A stretch of DNA of 64,000 bases from positions 32,001 through 96,000 of the forward strand of contig JASFQK010000002.1 of assembly GCA_050115495.1 (NCBI GenBank), given 5' to 3'. This document shows, in pieces, positions 9,662 through 18,876 of the stretch (position 1 is the stretch's first letter; the number at the start of each line of letters is the position of its first letter). The stretch is from Phycisphaerae bacterium. Lineage in GTDB: Bacteria; Planctomycetota; Phycisphaerae; UBA1845; Fen-1342. The translations under genes were made by a program, and so were the position numbers. The notes below the pieces were generated by a model. That model was not told the DNA's origin. It saw only the letters and a list, made by a program, of their open reading frames with translations, and made no database searches.

Positions 9662-10792
9662 ATGAGCTCGACACCTGACACGCCGCCGGCGGAAGCCGGC
9701 CAGACTGCTGCCGCCGGCGCGCCGGCGTCTCTGAACCCCGTTCGCTTGCTGCGCATCGCTGTCGCGGGCGTGCTGATGGGGGTGGCCAATCTCATTCCCG
9801 GTGTGTCGGGCGGGACGATGATCCTGGCCATGGGTCTGTACCAGGAGTTCATCGATTCGGTGGCGGACGTCACGCGGCTGAAGTTCTCGCTACGGCGGAT
9901 CGTGTTTCTGGGGGTGCTGGCGGCATTCGCCGGCGGGTCGATCGTCGGGCTGGCCGGGGTGATTCTCTACCTGCTGTTTCACCACACGACGGCGATGTTC
10001 GCGCTGTTCATCGGACTGACGCTCGGCGGAGCGCCGCTGCTCTTGAGGCTGCTGCGGCCGGTGCGGGCCGACGCGATCATCTCGACGCTGGTGGGCCTGG
10101 GGCTGATGCTGGGCGTGTCGCTGCTGAAGAGCGGGTCGGGCATGCCGCACAACACGGGGATGGACTTCGTCTCGGGCGTGGTGGGCTCGACGACGATGGT
10201 GCTGCCGGGCATCTCGGGCTCATACATGCTGTTGGTGATGGACCAGTACGAGCGTGTGGTGGGCTCGATCCACGACTTGAAGGACGCCGCGAAGAACCGC
10301 GATTTCGGCGCGGTGAAGGCGGCGATGTGGATCATCATCCCGGTGGGGATCGGGGCGGTGTTGGGGATCATCGCCTTGTCGAACGTGTTGAAGTTCCTGC
10401 TGCACCGCTACGCGCGGCCAACGGTCGGGGTGCTGCTGGGGATTCTGCTGGGGTCGGTGGTGGGGCTGTGGCCGTTCGGCAAGCCGCCGAGCGAGAAGGC
10501 GCTGGAGCGGCGCAATGCTGCTGAGCTGCGGGCGTTCGGGGAAGACTGGGCCATCCCGGGCGTGGCGAAGCTGGTAGCAGACGTAGACATCGAGCGGCTG
10601 AGTGACGCCGAGCAGGAGACGCTCGCCGGGCATTTGCGCGAGCAGATCTCCGAGAACTGGGCGAAGCGCGGCCAGTCGTCGTATTCGGCCGAGCGGCTGA
10701 TTAAGGCGGCGGTGGCGGTCGTGATCGGTTTCGCGGCGACGTTTTTGCTGTCACGCGGGAAGCAATCGGCGGAGGGGGCCGGGGCGGGCTGA
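9662..10792 (+). CDS. DUF368 family membrane protein (undecaprenyl-phosphate translocase family)
   Basis: GVLMGVANLIPGVSGGTM and MVLPGISGSYMLLV signature repeats; multiple TM segments. Confidence 0.88.
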   Translation: MSSTPDTPPAEAGQTAAAGAPASLNPVRLLRIAVAGVLMGVANLIPGVSGGTMILAMGLYQEFIDSVADVTRLKFSLRRIVFLGVLAAFAGGSIVGLAGVILYLLFHHTTAMFALFIGLTLGGAPLLLRLLRPVRADAIISTLVGLGLMLGVSLLKSGSGMPHNTGMDFVSGVVGSTTMVLPGISGSYMLLVMDQYERVVGSIHDLKDAAKNRDFGAVKAAMWIIIPVGIGAVLGIIALSNVLKFLLHRYARPTVGVLLGILLGSVVGLWPFGKPPSEKALERRNAAELRAFGEDWAIPGVAKLVADVDIERLSDAEQETLAGHLREQISENWAKRGQSSYSAERLIKAAVAVVIGFAATFLLSRGKQSAEGAGAG

Positions 10793-10801
10793 CACCGGCG
10801 G

Positions 10802-11842
10802 TCAGGCGTCGGCGCCGGCCTCGAAGAGCCGGGCGTATTCACTCAGGCAGAAGCGGTCGGTCATGCCGGCGAGGTAGTCGGTGATGACGCGGTGGGGGCT
10901 CTGCTGGCCGATGCGCCGGTGGAAACGGGCGGGCAGCAGGCGGGGCTCGGCAAGATAGGCTTCGAAGATGGCGGTGACGATGCGGCGGGCCTTGGTGTCG
11001 GCGCGCACCAGTCGCGAGTGACCGTACATGTTCTCCTTGAGGAGTCGCGTGAGTTGCTCGAACCAGGCGTCGAGTGCGGGCGACAGGTGCACGGTGGGGT
11101 GCGCGCCGCCGGCGTCGTTGGCGGCGACGTCGTCGAGGACGCGGGCCAGCGTGCGGTCGATCCAGGGTCGCACGTACCGGGGCCAGGTTTCGTCGGCCGG
11201 CGGGGCGGCGTCGGTACTCGTCCACAACCCGGCCTGGGCGACCTGCGTCGGCGTGAGCACGCCGGCGTAGAGGCCGTCCTGCAAATCGTGCAGGGCGTAG
11301 GAAACGCGATCGGCGAGGTCGACGATGAGGCCTTCGGGCGGGGCGGGCGTGCCGTCCTGCAGCGGGTGGGGGCCGGGGCGGTCGTGCGGCGTGGAGTGCT
11401 TGGCCAGGCAGATGCGCACGACGCGGGTCAGGTTGAGCCCGTGGAAATCCGGGTAGGGGTGCTCTAACTCCTCGACGATGCGCAGTGTGTGCTGATTGTG
11501 CTCGAAGCCGCCGTGGTCGTGGAGGCAGGCCGTCAGGGCGGCTTCGCCGGCGTGGCCGAACGGCGGATGTCCGAGGTCGTGGGCTAGGGCGACGACTTCG
11601 GCCAGATCGGGGCTGAGGCCGATCCGCACGGCGAGGCAGCGGGCGAGGTGGGCGACCTCGAGCGTGTGTGTCATGCGTGTGCGGAAATGGTCGGCTTCGA
11701 CGGCGACGAAGACCTGCGTCTTCTGGAGCAGCCGTCGAAACGCCGCGCAGTGGACGATACGCTGACGGTCGAGCACGAGCGGGGGCAGCGTGTCGGCCAG
11801 CGGGTCGACGTGGGCGCGCGACATGTCGAGGTCGCGCAGCAT
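10802..11842 (-). CDS. dgt: dNTP triphosphohydrolase (dGTPase, HD family)
   Basis: DRQRIVHCAAFRRLLQKTQVF, RTRMTHTLEV, AHDLGHPPFGHAGE, FEHN, DYLAGMTD; TGATG overlap with thiE. Confidence 0.9.
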   Translation of the reverse strand: MLRDLDMSRAHVDPLADTLPPLVLDRQRIVHCAAFRRLLQKTQVFVAVEADHFRTRMTHTLEVAHLARCLAVRIGLSPDLAEVVALAHDLGHPPFGHAGEAALTACLHDHGGFEHNQHTLRIVEELEHPYPDFHGLNLTRVVRICLAKHSTPHDRPGPHPLQDGTPAPPEGLIVDLADRVSYALHDLQDGLYAGVLTPTQVAQAGLWTSTDAAPPADETWPRYVRPWIDRTLARVLDDVAANDAGGAHPTVHLSPALDAWFEQLTRLLKENMYGHSRLVRADTKARRIVTAIFEAYLAEPRLLPARFHRRIGQQSPHRVITDYLAGMTDRFCLSEYARLFEAGADA

Positions 11843-12882
11843 CAGGCGTGCTCCTCGGCGGCGGCGAGCAGGGCGGTTGCGGCGGCGGCGGGATCGGTTG
11901 CGCTGATGATCGCCGTGCACGCGCAGAGGCAGTCGGCGCCAGCGCGGCGGAGCTCGGCGGCGCTGGCGGTGGTGACGCCGCCGATGGCGACGAGGGGCAA
12001 TTCGGTTTGTGAGCGGACGGCGCGGAGCGTGTCGGGGCCGGCGATGTGCTCCTGCGGTTTTGTCTCGCTGGGGAACATCGGGCCGACGGCGAGATAGTCG
12101 GGCTGCTCGGCGAGGGCGGCGGCGAACTGCTCGGGCGTGTGCGTGCTCTTGCCGACGAGCAGGCCGGTGCCGGCGATGCGGCGGGCGTCGGCGACGGAAA
12201 GGTCATCCTGGCCGACGTGGACGATGTCTGCGCCGGCCAGGCGGGCGATGTCCGGGCGATCGTTGATGGCCAGCAGCGCGCCGTGGCGGGCGGTCAATTC
12301 GCGGAGCTGTTGCGCTCGGCGGAGCAACTCGGCATCGGCGAGCTGCTTCTCGCGCAGTTGGAGGCAGCCGGCGCCGGCGTGCAGCACGGCGTGCGCGGTT
12401 TCGAGCCACGGTTGACGGCAGAGCGACTCGGTCAGCAGGACGTAGAGGCGCACGCCGCGGAACCGGTGCCGGAGCGTCCCGCGCAGCACGATACGCTGTT
12501 CGAGCTCGTAGGCGGCGTAGCGGAGCGTTTCGGCGGCGGCCGCGGCGGGAGCGGACACGAGCTTGCCATACTCGCCGAGGCTGCGGGCGGCTTCGCTGAG
12601 TCGGGCGAAGGCGGCGCGCACGACCTCCTCCGGGGCGGCGCGGTGCAATTCGCCCGCGGTCTTCACGTCGCGTCCGACGTCGCCGCCGATGTCGCGCGCG
12701 GCGAGGAGGCCGGCGGGGTCGAGATCGGCGACGACCTGGCGCAGGTCGTGGCGGCAGCGTTTGACGGCGGCGGCGGCGGCGCGGTCGTCGAGGGCGAAGC
12801 GCGCGTAGTCCTCGATCACCCGCAGCGCCTCGCGGGCCCGGTTGGTGTTGGCGTCGATGATGCGCAGGACGTCGGCGTTCAC
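11842..12882 (-). CDS. thiE: Thiamine-phosphate synthase with N-terminal ThiD2-like helical domain
   Basis: RIIDANTNRAREALRVIED N-domain; QLREK, INDRPDIA, HVGQDD, GKSTH, GPMFPSETK, AIGG; probable GTG start. Confidence 0.9.
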   Translation of the reverse strand: MNADVLRIIDANTNRAREALRVIEDYARFALDDRAAAAAVKRCRHDLRQVVADLDPAGLLAARDIGGDVGRDVKTAGELHRAAPEEVVRAAFARLSEAARSLGEYGKLVSAPAAAAAETLRYAAYELEQRIVLRGTLRHRFRGVRLYVLLTESLCRQPWLETAHAVLHAGAGCLQLREKQLADAELLRRAQQLRELTARHGALLAINDRPDIARLAGADIVHVGQDDLSVADARRIAGTGLLVGKSTHTPEQFAAALAEQPDYLAVGPMFPSETKPQEHIAGPDTLRAVRSQTELPLVAIGGVTTASAAELRRAGADCLCACTAIISATDPAAAATALLAAAEEHA

Positions 12883-12951
12883 GTTCGGTTCTCGATGGAG
12901 CCCGTGTAGTGTAGTCGGGGGCGCGGGTCGCGACGAGTTGCGATGCGGCAA

Positions 12952-13380
12952 TCAGTGAGCGGCGTGGTGTCCGGCGGCGACGATGATGAGGTCGAGCAGG
13001 TGGACGACCGCCACGACGATGGGGAACGCCGTCAGGGCCACCGCCCAGCGGGCCAGGCGCAGGCCGGTGGCATAACGCCTTCGGCCGACCACTTCGCAGA
13101 CGAGCACGACCAGGACGATCAGGGCGAACTTGTAGACGACGATGCCGCGCAGGTCGTAGTGGCGGATGATCCAGTCGGCCAGGACGTTCAGCTCGGAGCC
13201 GTCGAAGTGCAGGATGATCCAGGTGAGCATCACGTCGAGCGACGCCAGGAAGACGAACCACGTATAGGTGCCGGGGTAGAGGACGGCCCGGGAAGGGGGC
13301 GCAGCGGCGGCGTAGGAGAGGACGGGCGGTGGGTCGGCGCCCGGTGGCGAGTTCGGCGGTGGGTCGCTCAGCGGGATCAT
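12952..13380 (-). CDS. DUF5658 family small membrane protein
   Basis: LDVMLTWIIL..GSELNVLA.W...VVYKF pattern; start could be 13380 or 13419. Confidence 0.7.
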   Translation of the reverse strand: MIPLSDPPPNSPPGADPPPVLSYAAAAPPSRAVLYPGTYTWFVFLASLDVMLTWIILHFDGSELNVLADWIIRHYDLRGIVVYKFALIVLVVLVCEVVGRRRYATGLRLARWAVALTAFPIVVAVVHLLDLIIVAAGHHAAH

Positions 13381-13448
13381 ATTGGCCTCGGCGCGGCCGG
13401 TGCCTGGTCCGGCCACCACATTATCTTACGGGGCGGAGTCCATCGGAG

Positions 13449-13475
13449 TTATCGGGCCGGGGGATGAATCGCTGA
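13449..13475 (-). promoter_or_regulatory. Putative sigma28 promoter of the DUF5658 gene
   Basis: Minus strand TCAG-N15-CCCGATAA. Confidence 0.45.
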
Positions 13476-13916
13476 AGAGGTGGGTGGCGCGGGGCCGGGG
13501 TGGGTCGTGGCGGGCACGTGGCACCGGCGGCGGCGTGCGGGGCAGGGCCGGTATTTGCCTTGCACGGCGACGCATCGGGCCGTTAGACTAAGATCGAGCG
13601 TTTCTTTTCGGGACGCACGGCTCCGAGGAGCTCGGAGAAATGTGTGCTGGGAACAGGGTGTGTGGGCCTGTGGGGGGCGGGGAAGAGGCTGCATGTTTTC
13701 AGTTCGAACGGCAGCGTCGGTTGCTCGATAAGCACTCCGGCGGTGCGCCGTTGGCCCCGTTCCATCCCGCCCGCACGTCGGTTCTATAATCGCGTGTGTT
13801 TGCGCTCGTCGCCGCACGGCCGCGGTGGCCGTGGAGCAGGTATTCAAGCTGACAGAGCCGGTCGTTCAGATGCGCTGGGCGTCGGGGCCGACGGGCTCGT
13901 TCACAAGGAGAGTGGC

Positions 13917-16712
13917 ATGAGGGCGTGTCTTCGTCGCCGAGTGTTGCTGGGCGTCGTGCTGGGGTTGATGCCGCTGCTGGCGGCCGCTGCTTCGCCGGTG
14001 GATGTCCAGGTCCTGGACAGCCGCGACAGCATTGTCCTGCAGTACACGCTGGGGGACTACCGCTCGGCGCCCGTCGCCATCGACGGCGGCGTGTACGAGC
14101 GGGTCTACTTCGACAGCGAGCCGGTGATGCAGGAGGTGGGTGAGCCGGCGATGCCGCAGGTTTGCCGCAGCGTCATCATCGATACGGGCAGCACGTGGGA
14201 CGTGCGCGTGCTGGATGCGCAATACTACGAAGTGCGGGCACAGATCGTGCCGTCGCGCGGGCCGATCTCGCGTAACGTCGATCCGGACACCGTGCCGTAT
14301 ACGTTCGGCGATGCGTACGGCACCGACGCCTTCTTCCCCGGTGACCTGGCCGTGCTCGGCACGCCCTACACGTTCCGTGACTTCGACGGCGTGACCGTGC
14401 AGTTGCGGCCGTTCCAGTACAACCCGGTCACCGGCGTGATGCGCGTGTACACCGACGTGACGCTGGAAGTCTATCCGGCGGCGCCCACCGTGCAGCCCGT
14501 TCTGGCGGCCACGCGGCAGGACAAACCGCTGAGCCGGGCCTTTTCCGAGATCTACGCCCGGCACTTCCTCAACTACGAGGTAGAGGACCGCTACGCCCCG
14601 CTCAACGAGGATGGTGAGCTGCTGATCATCGCGCACGACGCCTGGCTGGCCAACGTCGAGCCGCTGGTGACGCACAAGCTCGGTATCGGTATCGACACCT
14701 CGCTGGTGGGCGTGTCCACGATCCCGGGCGGGAACACCAGCACGGCGATCAAGAACTACATCCAGAGCGTCTATGACGATCCCGGACGGAACCTGGCGTT
14801 CGTGCTGCTGGTGGGCGACGCGTCCCAGGTGGCCACGCCGATGATCTCGGTCAACCCGTACACCGCCGCGTCGGATCCGACCTACTCGACGCTGGCCGGT
14901 ACGGACTACTACCCGGAGATCATCGTCGGCCGCTTCTCGGCCCAGTCGGCCGGAGACGTCGACACGCAGGTCCTGCGGACTATCGAATACGAGAACATGC
15001 AGGCGACGCAGCAGGAATGGTTCTGGCGCGGCACGGGCATCGGCTCGCAGTACGGCACCGGCGATGACGGCGAGTACGACTGGGAGCACATCGACAACTT
15101 CCGTGACATGCTGCTGGCCCATGGCTACACGCAGGTCGACCAGTTCTACGGCACGGGCTCGCCGACGGCCGCCCAGGTCGCTGCCGCCCTGAACGCCGGT
15201 CGCGGCATCATCAACTACTGCGGGCACGGCGGCACGACGGACTGGGGCACGACCGGTTTCGCCAACAGCCACATCGACGCCCTGACGAACGACAACATGC
15301 TGCCGTTCATCTGCTCGGTGGCCTGCCTGAACGGAAACTTCAGCGGCAGCACGTGCTTCGGCGAGGCTTGGTTGCGGGCCACGCACAACGGCGAGCCCAC
15401 CGGGGCGATCGGGGCCTACATGTCCTCGATCAACCAGCCGTGGGATCCGCCGATGGAAGGCCAGGATGAGTTCAACTACCTGTACGTAAACGAGAGCTAC
15501 CACACGTACGGCGCCCTGTGCTACGCCGGCAGCTGCTCGATGATCGACGACTACCCCGGCACTTGCACCTACGGCACGGGCCCGGGCACGTTCATGAGCT
15601 GGCACATCTTCGGCGACCCGACGGTGTGCGTCGTCGGCACGCCCCAGCCGCCCACCGGCCTGCGCGTGACGCCGAGCGGCGACCTGAACGCCGAGGGTCT
15701 CTTCGGCGGTCCGTTCACGCCGGACCACAAAGACTACTTGCTCGAGAACCTGGATCCGACGCCTCTGGATTACGAGGTGACGCACAGCGAGGCCTGGGTT
15801 TCGGTCACCAACACGAGCGGGACCCTGCCGGCCGGCGGGACGACCGTCGTGACCGTCTCGATCAACGCGACGGCGAACGGCCTGCCCAACGGCGACTACG
15901 CGGACGTCGTGTCCTTCGCGAACCTGACCGGCGGTGTCGGCGACACGACGCGCGACGTCACGCTGCGGGTGGGCGTGCCGACCGTCCAGTTTGAGTGGAC
16001 GCTCGACAGCGATCCCGGCTGGAGTGTCGAGGGTCAGTGGCAGTTCGGTCATCCGACCGGCCTGGGCGGGAGCGCCCACGGCAATCCCGACCCGACCGAC
16101 GGGGCCACCGGGTCGAACGTCTACGGCGTGAACCTCTCCGGCGACTACTCGACCACGCCCGGCGGGCCGTACTACCTCACGCTCGGCCCGCTCGACCTGA
16201 GCGACATGACCCAGACCAGCCTGCTCTTCGATCGCTGGCTGAACTCTGACTACCAGCCCTACGTCACGGCGACGGTCGAGATTTCGACCGACGGTGCGGC
16301 CTGGACGGAGATCTGGGACAACGGCAGCGACGAGATCGAGGACAGCGCCTGGTCCACGAAGACCTACGACATCGCGAGCTTGGTCGACGAGCACGACACG
16401 GTCTACATCCGCTGGGGCTACCGGGTGGGCTCCGCGGCCTGGGCCTACTCGGGCTGGAACATCGACGACGTGCGCATCAAGGCACTGCCCGTCGGGCCTT
16501 ACTACCTGCCCGGCGACCTGAACTGCGACGGCGCCGTGGACAACTTCGACATCAGCGCGTTCGTGCTGGTCCTGACCAGCACGCCGCCGGACTACCCCGA
16601 GTACTACACGATGTACCCGGACTGCAACCACATGCTGGCCGACATCAACGGTGACGGCGGCGTGGACAACTTCGACATCGGCCCGTTCGTGGATGTGCTG
16701 CTGTCCCCGTGA
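13917..16712 (+). CDS. Secreted C25 (gingipain-like) cysteine peptidase with propeptide, Ig/BACON-like and beta-sandwich domains and C-terminal dockerin-like repeat
   Basis: Signal peptide; propeptide (PFQYNPVTG); FVLLVGD, PEIIVGRFSA, catalytic INYCGHG and SVACLNG; C-terminal GDLNCDGAVDNFDI / ADINGDGGVDNFDI; AAGGAG RBS. Confidence 0.9.
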   Translation: MRACLRRRVLLGVVLGLMPLLAAAASPVDVQVLDSRDSIVLQYTLGDYRSAPVAIDGGVYERVYFDSEPVMQEVGEPAMPQVCRSVIIDTGSTWDVRVLDAQYYEVRAQIVPSRGPISRNVDPDTVPYTFGDAYGTDAFFPGDLAVLGTPYTFRDFDGVTVQLRPFQYNPVTGVMRVYTDVTLEVYPAAPTVQPVLAATRQDKPLSRAFSEIYARHFLNYEVEDRYAPLNEDGELLIIAHDAWLANVEPLVTHKLGIGIDTSLVGVSTIPGGNTSTAIKNYIQSVYDDPGRNLAFVLLVGDASQVATPMISVNPYTAASDPTYSTLAGTDYYPEIIVGRFSAQSAGDVDTQVLRTIEYENMQATQQEWFWRGTGIGSQYGTGDDGEYDWEHIDNFRDMLLAHGYTQVDQFYGTGSPTAAQVAAALNAGRGIINYCGHGGTTDWGTTGFANSHIDALTNDNMLPFICSVACLNGNFSGSTCFGEAWLRATHNGEPTGAIGAYMSSINQPWDPPMEGQDEFNYLYVNESYHTYGALCYAGSCSMIDDYPGTCTYGTGPGTFMSWHIFGDPTVCVVGTPQPPTGLRVTPSGDLNAEGLFGGPFTPDHKDYLLENLDPTPLDYEVTHSEAWVSVTNTSGTLPAGGTTVVTVSINATANGLPNGDYADVVSFANLTGGVGDTTRDVTLRVGVPTVQFEWTLDSDPGWSVEGQWQFGHPTGLGGSAHGNPDPTDGATGSNVYGVNLSGDYSTTPGGPYYLTLGPLDLSDMTQTSLLFDRWLNSDYQPYVTATVEISTDGAAWTEIWDNGSDEIEDSAWSTKTYDIASLVDEHDTVYIRWGYRVGSAAWAYSGWNIDDVRIKALPVGPYYLPGDLNCDGAVDNFDISAFVLVLTSTPPDYPEYYTMYPDCNHMLADINGDGGVDNFDIGPFVDVLLSP

Positions 16713-16765
16713 TCGGGCAACCGCCGGTGAATTGAACGCCGGCCTGTGCTTAACATGACTGGCCC

Positions 16766-16807
16766 GGGTCCCCGGTTGCGTCCCGCGCACCGGGGACCCT
16801 TCTTGTT
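16766..16807 (+). terminator. Intrinsic terminator after the C25 peptidase gene
   Basis: GGGTCCCCGGT...ACCGGGGACCC stem followed by TTCTTGTT. Confidence 0.6.
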
Positions 16808-16905
16808 GGGCGCTGGGCGCTGGGCGCTGGGGGCTGGCGGCGGGGGCGGCTATACTCTGGCCGGGGAGTCCTGACAGCGGCGGCCAGCCGCGAAAGGAGT
16901 TGTCT

Positions 16906-18054
16906 ATGGCCCTGGCAGACCTGCGATCTCAGGCGATGCGGCGCGATCCGGAAGAGATGCTCCGCCACCTGCGGCAGTTCGAGCTGGAGCTCAAGTTCAC
17001 CGCGGGGATCTGGTATTTCTCGCCGCCGGGCAGCCGGTTTCACGACACGTACGGCGGCGGGCGGGACATTGCCGAGCGGCTGGAGATCGCCGCCGGTCTG
17101 AAGGACTATGGGCTCGTCGGGCTCGAGGCGCACTACCCGAACGAGATCAACGAGGAGAACCTCGCGCTGTGGAAGCAGTTCACGCGCGATACGGGGCTGC
17201 GCCTGGTTACGGTGATTCCGCTGCTGTTCTGGGATGAGCAGTTCGAGTGGGGGTCGCTATCGAACCCGCTGCCCGAGCAGCGGCAGGTGGCGATCGAGCG
17301 GACGAAGCAGGCGCTGCGGCTGAACAAGGAGTTGGACACCGACTTCGCGGTGGTGTGGCCGGGGATCGACGGGTACGAGAATCCGTTCGGAATCGACTTC
17401 GCCGGTATGCGCGAGCGTTTCGCCGAGGGGCTGGCCGAGGCGATGGATGCGGTGCCGGGCGTGCGCATCGCGTTCGAGCCGAAGCCGTACGAGCCGCGCG
17501 GGCGCATTCTGTTCGGGACGACGGCGGAGGGCGTGCTGCTCGGCCATCACGTCGAGGCGCTATTGGGCAGTACGGAGAATCGCCGGCTGCTGGAGGCGGG
17601 ACACGCGTTGTGCTGTTTGAACCCGGAGATTGGGCACGTGCTGATGGGGTTCGAGGATCTGGCCTACGCGTTCAGTTGGCCGTTGTCGCAGGGCCGGTTG
17701 GCGCACAGCCACTGGAACAGCCAGCCGCTGGGCAACTACGACCAGGACCAGAACGTCGGCGTGATCTCGCCGGAGCAGACCGAGGCCCTGCTGTATACGC
17801 TGAAGATGCACGGTTACCAGGGGTACTTTGGGATCGACATCAACCCGGAGCGCATGCCGGTGGACGTGGCCCTGAAGATCAACATGGACGCGATCCGGGC
17901 GGCGAATGACCGCATCAACGAGTTGGACCACGAGTCGATTCTGTACGCGCTCGTGCATCCGGACCGGGCCCGCGGCTGGCTGGAGGCGTATCTGGTGCGG
18001 GCGCGGGCGCCGCATCCGGAGCGGCTGCCGGCGCTGCCGCCGGTTCGCGGGTAG
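16906..18054 (+). CDS. Xylose isomerase family TIM-barrel sugar isomerase
   Basis: VVWPGIDG, FEPKPYEPRG, LNPEIGH, YDQD metal-binding motifs; AAGGAG RBS. Confidence 0.8.
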   Translation: MALADLRSQAMRRDPEEMLRHLRQFELELKFTAGIWYFSPPGSRFHDTYGGGRDIAERLEIAAGLKDYGLVGLEAHYPNEINEENLALWKQFTRDTGLRLVTVIPLLFWDEQFEWGSLSNPLPEQRQVAIERTKQALRLNKELDTDFAVVWPGIDGYENPFGIDFAGMRERFAEGLAEAMDAVPGVRIAFEPKPYEPRGRILFGTTAEGVLLGHHVEALLGSTENRRLLEAGHALCCLNPEIGHVLMGFEDLAYAFSWPLSQGRLAHSHWNSQPLGNYDQDQNVGVISPEQTEALLYTLKMHGYQGYFGIDINPERMPVDVALKINMDAIRAANDRINELDHESILYALVHPDRARGWLEAYLVRARAPHPERLPALPPVRG

Positions 18055-18095
18055 CGGCCGAACTCTGCAGCGGGCATATGACGCGGGTTTGCACG

Positions 18096-18125
18096 GCACC
18101 GGTGGACAAGCCACCAGTGGCACCC
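18096..18125. repeat. Intergenic palindromic REP-like element (partial copy at 44614-44629)
   Basis: CACCGGTGG-ACAAG-CCACCAGTG hairpin followed by GCACCC; GCACCGGTGGACAAGC recurs exactly at 44614. Confidence 0.5.
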
Positions 18126-18257
18126 GGCGACCGGGAGGGAGTGGTTTGCGCAGACGGCGCGTTGCTGGCGGCAACCCGTCGCTGCCGCTCGGGGCTCGGA
18201 TCGGCGTTGACACGCCTCACGCGGCAGCGTTCGGGCCTCGTGCTGGGCGTCGTTGGG

Positions 18258-18668
18258 TCAGGGGGTGTCGGTCATGCAGTGGCCGCACGTGCCGAAAAGC
18301 ATCAACTCATGCCCGGTGACGCGGCAGCCGTCGGGCAACATCGAGCCGGCGGGTAGGGACACGAGGCACACCTCGAGCACGTAGACCGTGCCGCATTGCT
18401 CGCAGCGGAAGAAGCAATGGTGGCCACGGTCGGTGGGTTCATAGCGGGTGGAGCCGTCGGGCAGCGTGATGGAGCGAATGCGCTTGTGGACCAGCAGAAG
18501 CTGGATCGTGCGATAGACGGTGGCGCGTCCCAGGCGCGGCCGGCGGCGTTGGGCACGGCTGAGGATCTCCTTGGCCGTAAGCGGACCCTTGGCCGTAACG
18601 AGCACGCTAAGAATGGTGTCTCGCTGTCCTGTGCGGCGCTTGCCTATGGGCTTGCCACTGGCGGGCAT
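18258..18668 (-). CDS. Fur family transcriptional regulator
   Basis: RTGQRDTIL, LGRATVYRTI, HHCFFRCEQCG, C-terminal FGTCGHC. Confidence 0.9.
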   Translation of the reverse strand: MPASGKPIGKRRTGQRDTILSVLVTAKGPLTAKEILSRAQRRRPRLGRATVYRTIQLLLVHKRIRSITLPDGSTRYEPTDRGHHCFFRCEQCGTVYVLEVCLVSLPAGSMLPDGCRVTGHELMLFGTCGHCMTDTP

Positions 18669-18740
18669 GGGCGTACCTCGCTCTCTGCTCGCCGCCGCGA
18701 GCCTTGTGCGAAACCCACCCGGCCTCCGGGAGCCGAGACC

Positions 18741-18768
18741 GATAATACTAGATGATAATAGCGTGTCA
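18741..18768. promoter_or_regulatory. Possible Fur-family operator in the divergent promoter
   Basis: AT-rich GATAATACTAGATGATAATAGCGTGTCA with two GATAAT hexamers, upstream of the Fur-family gene. Confidence 0.35.
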
Positions 18769-18876
18769 GCAAGGAACCGGAAAGTCCACCGCCGGGAAGG
18801 GACGCCGCTACGGCTGTACAATGGGCCGGCCGTGCGGCGTGCACGGCGGGGCGACATCGCCCGGGAGGCACCGAAC

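Noticed and set aside
10802..11842. dGTPase as an anti-phage defence gene
   Set aside because: Short housekeeping-type Dgt coupled to thiE, with no defence-island context
13476..13916. Long intergenic region upstream of DUF5658/thiE checked for a TPP riboswitch or other ncRNA
   Set aside because: No CTGAGA / CCTGA TPP core recognised; only a small hairpin (13621-13637). An Rfam/Infernal scan would be decisive
13866..16790. 974-aa antisense ORF, and similar long shadow ORFs at 24454-27237, 41248-43482, 48751-50550 and 53883-55460
   Set aside because: They lie opposite well-supported genes, lack motifs, and are expected from stop-codon scarcity in high-GC DNA
16808..16830. GGGCGCT x3 microsatellite
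   Set aside because: Short, intergenic and unremarkable in GC-rich DNA; no evidence of phase variation
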